Shown: piece after piece, positions 39,389 through 48,857 of the stretch | Position numbering within the stretch: position 1 is the stretch's first letter | Layout: the number at the start of each line of letters is the position of its first letter | NCBI GenBank assembly: GCA_049999805.1 | Contig: JBNGIO010006348.1 | Location: forward strand, 263,897-319,051 | Length of the DNA: 55,155 bases | Source of the DNA: Folioceros fuciformis | Lineage: Eukaryota | Direction of reading: 5' to 3' | Made by a program: the position numbers and the translations under genes | Notes under the pieces: model-generated | Databases searched by the model: none | What the model was told of the DNA's origin: nothing | Seen by the model: the letters and a program-made list of their open reading frames with translations, nothing else

Positions 39389-40188
39389 AAGAATGCACTA
39401 TGACAATTTCACACCTCAATTAAGAACCCACAAGTTCACACCCCAAATAAGAACCCACAACTTCACACCATATTCTTCACCTGGCACAAACTTGTACAAG
39501 TCTACTGCACACTATGAACATTTTTGGTGATATGTCAGAAAGTTTTGGGTGACATCCCAAAGACAATTAGATTTGTGGAATGTGTGGTATACTTGTTGCC
39601 CACTAGCATGTGCATTTTTTGTGTAACCTCGGAGGTGCAAAAGTGTGCGCGCCAATTTGCTTCATGAATCAATGGGCCTCATAAGAGTGTGTAGTTGTAT
39701 GTACCAATTTGGTTCCAAATTAAAGGACACGCAAGTAATTTGCATTTGTTAAGATAACAATGTGCAATAATTATTCTAAATTGCGTGACCCTTTCGTTTT
39801 CTTCACACCATTCCCTTCCATTTGTAGCCCACATCATCTTCATGCTGAAAACAAAGCCTTTCTATTCAAAACATCGTAAAAATTCAAAACATATATACAA
39901 AATTAACGTCTACAACCCTAAAAATACAAGATAAGATGCGTAACTGTCATGACTTTTTACTAAAACCCTAAAAAATGTTGGGTCTCATGCGTAAGCGCTA
40001 AGACTTCCACTAAGATTTCGAAAAAGTTGACTCCGTAGTCTAAGTACTTGAGACCTTTCACTAAGACGTAACTGAAATTTTGATTGAACCCCGTTTGACT
40101 AGACAAACCCCTTCCACGTCTCAATAAGGCAAGACAAGGCAAAGCAGTCCTAGTGAATTGATTCACATCAACTACCCACATCCACATC

Positions 40189-41547
40189 CTAAGAGGAATC
40201 AGCAGAGGCCTCTCTAGGACCCGGAACAAGTAGCAGGCTGCTGACGTAAATCGGGATGAACTGGTCGCAGCGAGCTGCGTTGTTCCACTGTAAGGCGTAC
40301 TCCCCAGCCAGGATGAGGCAGGATACTTGAGGGGAAGGGAACTTCTCCCACAGCATGGCTGCCGTTCCGAGGAGCTGTAACAGGTAGTCTTGGGCACCTG
40401 GCTTCGGCCGATCAGCCCAGTGGACGGTGACGACTCGCTTCTTGGAAGAGATCTTGACGCCGTCTCGATGTTCCTGCATGAATGTCACCTGGGGAGTCCT
40501 GGCCTGGTCCACCGTCTCCGGGAAACGGGGAACACGGAAGTAGCACAGGTCGTGCTTGTCCCTGACGAAGCTCTTGTGGTCCGGGGACTGTAACCAGCTG
40601 CTCTGCACCACTGCCCTGTTCCCCACCATGAGAAAGAACCCGGAACAGGGCGACCGGTACACCATCACGTTACTGCTGACCATGTCCAGCGTCGTGGTCC
40701 GAAAGGAGAAGGGCATACACGCAGCCCTGGGAGGCAAGAAAGGGATTAACCGGGAGACTGGGAACGGTGACTTCGCCTGCAACACACTAGAGATGCTGAT
40801 CACGTCAGAAGGCCGGAGTCGGGACTGTTCGACAACCACAGATGCTCCACTTTCTCCCCCCCTGTTGGCCCAGTAGCAAGTGTATCCTCCCCCGACCACA
40901 ACGCCTGAAACCTTAGGATCCGCCTCCACAAACTTCCTCCACAGAACCGCCACCGCCGTCAGCAACTCCGTGAGGATTCCCAGCTCGTCCTCCCTGGGTG
41001 CCACGAGCATCCAGTTTACCTCAACTTCGAATTCCGGCTCAAAGTAGTCCCTTTCCTCGTTCTCGTAGTTCAGGTACGCCTGCTTGAAGCTGAGAGGAAC
41101 GGCGGTGAGGACGTTCTTGGAATTCAGATAGGACTGCCGGCACCTGATGATGGAGACGCGGCCTTTGGGCTTGGGATTGCTTGTGCTACGGTCTGCCAGA
41201 AGATGCATTCGACAGTATCCTCTAGCAACTTTCATTGCTACTCCTCTGGTGCTCTCGTTCCAACGCCACAGCCATTCCGTAACCTGCTTCGCCGGCCCCA
41301 CGGCCACGACAAGGTTCGGGACCGGCTCCCAGCTGATCAGTTCTGTGCAAATTCTCTTGGAAGGCGTTTTCATCAAATCTTCGGCAAACTCGTCTCTGTG
41401 AGACCGTCCCCTCTTCCTCGCTGATGCTTGCTCCGTCGGACGTCCTTCTTCAATCCGTATCCTTGACTGCTCCTCGTCTATGTCCGTCTCGTCCACGTCG
41501 CACTTGTCCCAGCTTGGTGTCGAGCCGCACGAACTTGACGCCGCCAT
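40189..41547 (-). CDS. Intronless hypothetical protein (452 aa) with NLS-like segment and an internally duplicated alpha/beta domain
   Basis: 1.36-kb uninterrupted GC-rich ORF between AT-rich flanks, first ATG at 41547. Basic motif RKRGR..KTPSKR. Two similar segments: VEVNW..LTELLTAVAVLWRKF..PKVSGVVVGGGYTCYW and VTVHW..LLQLLGTAAMLWEKFPSPQVSCLILAGEYALQW. Confidence 0.75.
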   Translation of the reverse strand: MAASSSCGSTPSWDKCDVDETDIDEEQSRIRIEEGRPTEQASARKRGRSHRDEFAEDLMKTPSKRICTELISWEPVPNLVVAVGPAKQVTEWLWRWNESTRGVAMKVARGYCRMHLLADRSTSNPKPKGRVSIIRCRQSYLNSKNVLTAVPLSFKQAYLNYENEERDYFEPEFEVEVNWMLVAPREDELGILTELLTAVAVLWRKFVEADPKVSGVVVGGGYTCYWANRGGESGASVVVEQSRLRPSDVISISSVLQAKSPFPVSRLIPFLPPRAACMPFSFRTTTLDMVSSNVMVYRSPCSGFFLMVGNRAVVQSSWLQSPDHKSFVRDKHDLCYFRVPRFPETVDQARTPQVTFMQEHRDGVKISSKKRVVTVHWADRPKPGAQDYLLQLLGTAAMLWEKFPSPQVSCLILAGEYALQWNNAARCDQFIPIYVSSLLLVPGPREASADSS

Positions 41548-42149
41548 CCTCTTTCTACGCTCGCCCGCCAAATGCGCGGCTCTAACCTACAAACATCAGT
41601 GAAATAAAGCCAAAAAACCGTCAATGCCAGACCACACAATATCTACTTGGTTAGGTCGTTACCGCTCGTGTAATTCTCTGTCTACCTAAACTCGCACACT
41701 TATACTAGTCTTCACTATTTCTATTTCGAAGTGGATAATAATGTGATTTCAGTCTCTCGTTCTTTATCTAGTAAACATACCATAACATTACAAACTCTAG
41801 CTTTATTTTCCACGGATAAAAGGAAGTACTAAGAAAAACTATTACCCAAAATTTTAAAATAATATTTTAATAAAATATATAATAAATTTACTTGTATATA
41901 TTTAAATTTATCTGTACAATTTTATATTTATTTTAAAATTTTATTTTAGCAATGTAAGCTAAGCACATGAGAGGGTGTTTTCCACACAAGCTTTTGAGAA
42001 TAGAGCACATGAAGACATGCAATGTAAGTCAGAGGCAACAACTACCACTTCCTTCCTTTCCCTGTCCCTTTTATGACCCGATTTGGCTTCAATGCTCTCT
42101 TATTGTTGAGGGTGTTGGGTTTTCTTTGTGTTGTTTGCTTTCATTTCAT

Positions 42150-43040
42150 CTAGCCAAGCTCTTTGACTTGAGTCTCTCTAAGAAGCTTAAAGCTCACTAG
42201 CTTGGGTCTTTGAGAAGTTGGCAAACGTCTTTCTGAGAAGCCCTAAGCTCATTGGCTTAGGGCATTGGGAAGGCTGGTCCAACTCTTTATGAGAAAAGCT
42301 AAGCTCACTGGTCTAGCCCCTTGAGAAGCTAGCCTAGGTTTTTCTGAGAAGCCCAAAGCTAATGACATTGTCTAGGCCTTTGAGAAGCTAGCCTTAGTCT
42401 TTTTGAGAAGCTAAGGTCATTGGCCTAGATCTTTCTACCGAGCCCAAAGCTCAATGGCCTCGGTGTTTGAGAACTTGGCCTAGGTCTTTAAGAAGTTGCT
42501 CAGACATTTCTGAAAAGCCCAAAGCTCTTTGTCTCAGGTCTTCTAGCTTCTCAATTGCCCTATTTAGGCTCATCGCCCAAAATTCTCTAGCTTAGGTCTT
42601 CTAGCTTCTCAATTGCCTTATTTGGGCTCATCGCACTCTTCTGGAGGAGTATGCTGGATATTCATTCTATGCACCTATTTTTTCTTCATTCATTTGCCAA
42701 AGTTCATTGGCTTAGTTCTCTATAAGAAACCCAAAGCTTACTAGCCTAAGTTTTAGGTCTTTGACCTTCTCAATTGCTTTATGTATACCTCTATGTAGGC
42801 TTGTTACACTTTTCTGAGAGAGTGTGCTGGGTGTTTTCTGTGCTATTTTGTCTCCATTCATATCCCAAAGCTCATTGGCTTAGGTCTCTCTAAGAACCAC
42901 AAAGCTTACTGACCTAGGTATCTTAGCTTCTCAACTTTCTTAGTTATGTCTGTGATATTTTTTTCTCGTTTTTTGTACCAAAGCTCACTAGCATAGGTCT
43001 CTCTAAGAAGCCCAAAACCTGACTAGCCTAGGTCTATGAG
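42150..43040. repeat. Degenerate tandem array of about 40-bp units
   Basis: Recurring gagaagcccaaagctcattggcttaggtct-like units. Confidence 0.85.
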
Positions 43041-44105
43041 CTTCTAAATTATAGGCAGTCTTTGGTATACTCTGCATAACCTTTGTCATTGATAGTTACC
43101 ATTCTCTTGCTGTACAAACAAACACCTTCAAGCTAAGAATTCACCACTGAGCTTAGCAATTGTTCTTACCCATTTGTATCAAGAGCAAGCGCAATGGTGA
43201 AACCCATATGCTCAAGAGTAAACACATGGTGCTTATAGATCAATAGATCAACCTTGCAAGGATGTGGAACTCCTTGTGAGCAACCAAAGATTCAAAGTTA
43301 CACACAATAGACTAAGAACACCATTGCACAAACAAATGTGACCAATAAACATGATAGTACCTATAGATCAGCCTTGCAAGAATATGAACTCATTATAAGT
43401 AACTATTGATTGAAAACAACACGTTACACTAGAACAACATTACATAGACACACTTGCAGTGATTGGAAGCAACACATTACACTTACAACACCATGTCACA
43501 AACACCCTTTACCAATACTGCAATAACAAGGACTAGGCTAGTCCTCCCATGAGTGCTGTTTGCAACAACAAGGGCCTTTCTTATAGCAAGAGGCTAACAA
43601 AAAAGTCCTTCACAATTTCATAGACAACTGCACAATCCTCTAGAAGATAATATCCTACCGCTCTGCTATCCGTCCAACTTGATCTAGATACTTCTACTTA
43701 TCCATTTATAAAATTTACCTTTATAGGTCCCTCCTTTCTTTTTCTATATCCTCTCCTAGTTGAGACGCATATATATCTATAATATCTGTCCGGCGATAAT
43801 TCTTAATCTGGTTAGTAGCCACTTGGTTCTAAACCATCATTTACGCACGATGTTCTATCCTGCAACTGGACAGCATCTTATTGAAATTAGTGAAGGAAAT
43901 GGGGGGTTGGGCTGGGCTGGGCTGGGCTGGGCTGGAATGCTATGTTTGGTGACAAGTGACTCCCTTTGTTCAGCTGGGCTGGAATGCTATGTTTGGTGAC
44001 GAATGAGGTCATTTGTTGAGGTGAAGACAGATACACTTTACCTGCAATTCATATCTGCGTTACGGACCGATCGTGGGATCGTGGGCCTACAAGTGATAGG
44101 ACGGT

Positions 44106-46164
44106 ATGGAGGCAGCGGCCTCTGCATGTTGCTCCACAGCAAGGCACACCCTGGGGCTGCCGTACTGTTCCTACCATCCCCGCTGTAAGGCTGGCCATTG
44201 TGGATCAACTTGTGCAATGTTTGTGAAGCATTTCTGACATGGTACACTTTCAGGTGTGAAACCTGCGAGGTACCACGTACATGGAATTGGGAGCAGGGTG
44301 TGGACATTGAGGCACGCTTGGGCAGGAGAAAGGGCAGGGAGGATACCGACGAGGGATGGGTTTAGAAGGCAGCAGAGATGTATGGCTTCGGCTGTCGTTG
44401 ATGAAAGTGGGGCGGGATCAGCATTTGTTGGGATGGTGGACAATGAGGACCAGATTCTGCGATGCACTTCCCTCAGCGCTGAGGTGAGAGGTGGAATGGT
44501 ACTTGGCCTGGGAGAATCTTTCCTGCTTCTTTCTAACTTGGTGGTGGGCATCAGGTGTCGGTGATCGCTGTGAAAGCTACTGAGGTGGTGCAGGAGGCTC
44601 AGAAACGGCACAAGGCCTCACCCACTGTGCGTGTACTGTAGCTTTGTGGAGCCTGGCTTTACCCTGATTAACTGTTGCCTTGGAGCTGAATTTTTGTGCG
44701 GTATTGAAGGAAGGCGTCAGCTGCATTGGGTCGTGCTCTTGTGGGTACGTTGCTTCTGAGAGCAATGAAGGGCGATGCTGAAACTGTCCAGGCAAGTGAG
44801 TCTGCGTGCCAGGGTATCTGGTGCATTGGGTACGGTAGCTGGATCTATGTTTGATAAAAAAAATTTATGCTGTGTTGTTGCAGGTATCATTTGTAGGGGA
44901 TGGGCCTCTCGGGCAAATGACAACAGTCGCTGGGAAACAAGGGTTTGTAAAAGGTTTTGTTGGCAATCCATTGTGTGACCCTCCTCTAAGGCCAGATGGG
45001 AAGGTTTGTCACACGACTTTGTTCAGGGATGTCCTTGCTGAGTTAAATGCTATCACTTCTAGTTTTTTGTTGACAGTTTTGTGCAGCTTGACGTAGGAGC
45101 AGCAGTTGGGTCTGGAGTTTTGAGCGTGGTGCGTAACAACTCCTCCTGGACCCAGCCTTACACGTATGTCTTGGTTCAAGACCTCAATATGCTGATTTTC
45201 ATAATGTGGCCAGCCTTTTTCTTCAGCATTCTCTTGTCTCTTTGTATCAGTATTGTCCTCGTAGCAATTCCAAGTCCAATTCATTGTCATCCAACTGTTC
45301 TGCAGCGGAACTATTCCCATTTACTCCGGAGAAGTTGCTGAGGATATTGCCCACTATCTTGCCGATAGCGAACAGGTGGTCAGGTCGCTCATTATGTTTT
45401 GAAGTATCAGCAGTTCGTTCGTTCTTTCGATTCATCCATCCAACTCAATCTGTATGTCGATAATTGGTGTTTGCCTCGGACAGACCAATACTGCTGTAGG
45501 TCTTGGGGTATCGTTCACGAAAGACGGTGTGGTCAAAGCTGCTGGAGGCTTCCTAGTGCAGGTGGGTCTCATTCATATAAGTTTACGGGGTCAGGAAGCC
45601 ATTGGACTGAGTTTTCCTTTTCTGTGGTGCAGCTCTTACCATTCTGCTCAGAGGAAACACTAGCCCAGGTGGAAAAGAACATACTTGCAATGCCCCCTTT
45701 GTCTGATGCTGAAACCATAACTCCACGGAAAATTGCGGAGGAGCTTTTGAAAGGAGTCGGTGTGGGTGACTTCTCTGATCCGGTAAGCGATTGTAGGATG
45801 ATCAACTTGTCGGGAGCTTCTTAAGCACACTAAATCCCCTAATGCATCATGATCGTTGTCTACTTTACCTGACCAGGTCATTCCCAAATTTGGCCCTTGT
45901 GGAGTGGAGGAGTTGAAGCCACGAATGATGCGTGCTGTGGCCTCACTGGGGCCATCTGAAGTGCGAGAGCTGCTAGATGAACAAGGTCCGTTTTCTTTGT
46001 CAGGCCTTGCCCGACTTTTCTTTATTTCATGGCTGAATGTACATTAATTGTTCTGTTTCCATTTCATATTTGCAGGTCATGTGGAAGTCAGGTGTGAATT
46101 TTGTGCCGAAGTAATTCAGTTTGGGGAGCTAGATCTTCGAGACGTTCTCCAGCCACTCTCGTAG
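44106..46164 (+). CDS. HSP33: Hsp33 (HslO-family) redox chaperone with N-terminal extension (putative organellar transit peptide), about 383 aa, 11 exons: 44106-44184, 44254-44483, 44555-44626, 44714-44791, 44884-45003, 45087-45163, 45306-45375, 45484-45561, 45633-45782, 45877-45985, 46076-46164
   Basis: Spliced product contains [86 protein letters not shown] and VEVRCEFC, all Hsp33 hallmarks. All exon phases are compatible (1152 nt). Confidence 0.95.
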
Positions 46165-46370
46165 TATTACGGCTGTAATGTGCCGTATCAATTTCCACCT
46201 TAGAAAACATAGCATACATCACCAGTCTTCACTGAATTGGAGAAGGCTGGCAAGAGAGAATTTTAGTACATTGTTGTTCCTGCAATGTCATCACACATTG
46301 CATTATTGTCACCTACCTGCAATGTGGTGATAACAAAGTAGCTTCTGGTTTGCAGGGAGCAACGATTTGA

Positions 46371-48031
46371 TCAGATGCGGATTTGATTATTTAGATTATC
46401 AACGGCATCAAATACTCCTCCTCCTGTGCTCCCCTGTGACCAGATGAGCAACACGCCAACAGGGCTTTTTGTTAAACAAAGACGAGACTAGAGTAAAGCA
46501 ACAGAAGTCAGAACAATCTCCATACCAGCAGAAACCCCGAAGACTTTACCCTGTAAGAATCGACTGCTAGGAAATTGGACCATCGCTGAGCAGCTGCCGC
46601 ATGGCTAACCGGCAACGTCTGCCGAAGAGATGCAGAATTGTGCTGACAAGCAAAATCGGGCGATGGGTCAGTAGGGAAATAGTTCTGAAAGATGTGAGTC
46701 CTGGATGGATCACTCAAGACAGCAGACTCAGCCCGGTCGGAGCATTGGCCGGTCACCATCCCGCCGTCTCCATCTGCAGCCAAGGCAACATCATCTCGTT
46801 GATACGGAGCAGCAGAAATGATAACGAATGTGCGTCACATTCCGTTTCGTGCTTACAGTTTTTCTCAAAGCACGAGGTTCCACTGATGCGCGATGCCCTC
46901 ACTGGCTTCCTTGCTGCTGTTGGAGGTGAAAGCCAGCACCCTCCAATTTTCGGCCAGCATCTGGTTCACCGTTGGCCAATCTTTGCCGTCGGTGGGCATG
47001 CTATCCAGGGGAAACCAGTTCTTCATCAGTCCAGCGCAGGTGAAGACATTCTTCAGCCCGATTGGCGTGTTCACGAAGTCCTCTAAGAATATGGTGACGA
47101 TCTCACCCGGATTTGCTGTCAGAAATGCTTCGACCGTGGCCAGAGTCTGGTTCAGAGGCTCCTGTGCAAAGTTTAACCCAGTCGCTTATTAATCTTTCAG
47201 TAAAATCCCATGATTTCTTGACTGCACCCACCTTCATGGGTTTCTAGAAGAAGAATGAACTTGCAAACGCGGTGAGATCGTAGCAAACTCCTCCCAAGGA
47301 ATGGCACAGCCAGATGTCCCCCAGAAAGCCATAAACGTACAGAATAAGGCCCATGCTGCACGCAAACATCCATTCCCCTGGCCCACACTTTTTCAGCATT
47401 CACTTCGCACCACCAGGTTGCAACATGGGACCAGCCAGACCCAGCACATTTCAGACGAGTGCACGATCTCCAAAACTACATTACAGTAACTACTAAACTG
47501 GGCTCGTACCTGCAGCTGGTCTGCCACAGATTCCTCTTGGTTTATGGGTGTCATGCGGACTCCTGTGAGCTCAGAAGCTCCCTGGTATGCGCACGAGTTG
47601 TGGGTGGGGAGGAAACCGTATTTGTTGAAGGGCAACGTTCCATCCTGGTAGCAAGCACAGCCCGAGCGGGTACCGGTAAGCAAGACTGCATCACGTCGAG
47701 GTCATCGACTAGCATTCGTTGCCAAACCATACCTGGTCATAGGGAGGGAAAGTCTGTCCCCGGTGACACCTCCGGAGCCCATCTGCCACCCCCAGCACAG
47801 GAGGCACAGTAAAGTCCCTGTCTGCAGTCTTGTTGCACCGAGCACTTGTCCAGAAGCCGCAATGCGAGCCTCCATCACCCGCCCCGCATAACATGGCATC
47901 TCAAACAGAAACCAGCACACCCTGCATCACTCACCCGGCATGACATCGTCCCATTCGTGGTGCACTCGGCGTCGGTGCTCCAAGACAAGGCAAGCAAAAA
48001 GCAGGCCTGGGATCACGAAGTTCCTGTGCAT
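46371..48031 (-). pseudogene. PI-PLC X-domain-containing protein gene (secreted, PLC-like phosphodiesterase), disrupted by frameshifts
   Basis: DKCSVQQDCRQGLYCASC, LPFNKYGFLPTHNS, NQEESVADQL, GDIWLCHS, FLTANPGEIVTIFLEDFV, DWPTVNQML, RWSNFLAVD, GGGVFDAVD. Frameshifts near 47790 and 47350, and a premature TGA at 46865-46867. Confidence 0.85.
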
Positions 48032-48857
48032 GGTCGTCGATCCGCTCCAAGAGCCACCCACCCCCTGGACTCCCACGCTAAATGCAAGTCCTGGGCTCGG
48101 ACCCGCTGCTCGACTGCAGCTCCTTGAACCCCCAGCTGCTCACGACCCAGCAGGCGTGAGGACAGTGAGAGCGAATATACCACCACCCCATGCCAGAGAT
48201 CTTGACGCCGCAGCCCAGAATGCGTTGCACAACAAAAGCGCCTGTGACTGAGAGAATGCACCGACCTCCCTTCGAGCAATGCATTGGTTGCCGTATGATC
48301 GGCGCTATCCGGCGCTCTACCTGGTGAAGCCACATTGCTGTTACTCCGATCCCAGTGCGGGGACCAGATGGCGGTTGGTCGTTTTCGAAAAGTGTCGTTG
48401 ACAAGGCTCTCGTCCAATTTAGCTGCTCCAATCCCGCACTCTCCTGACAAGGGGGCCTCCAACTTCGGGCAGGGTGAATCTATGTAGAGCGATGGAAATC
48501 TCGGTCGATTTCGCAAGGATCTCCCAGCCGCCCATCAGAGTATTATTAGCAGGGGCACTGCCGATTAATGGTGTTGAGGCCACCACAAAGAGGGACACTT
48601 TGAAATGTGAGCAAAGGACGATCTTTTTTGTGCTCAAGTCGGTCCAAGTTGAAAAACACATTCCACATAGATATGTGCAAATTAAATATGAGCAGACGAT
48701 TTCTGTAGGGGCGGACCCAGGAATTGTTCGCCCCACCAGATCTAGACCTGGGCTGGCACCAGGGGGATAGGACATACATAGACTGAATTTTGAAATGTGA
48801 CAAAGGCTAAATGCGATGCAGTCCAGACGATACCTCCCGGACTGTGGCCACCAAAAA

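Noticed and set aside
43050-43760. Possible solo LTR
   Set aside because: TATA-like and internally duplicated motifs are present, but I could not identify TG...CA ends or a target-site duplication.
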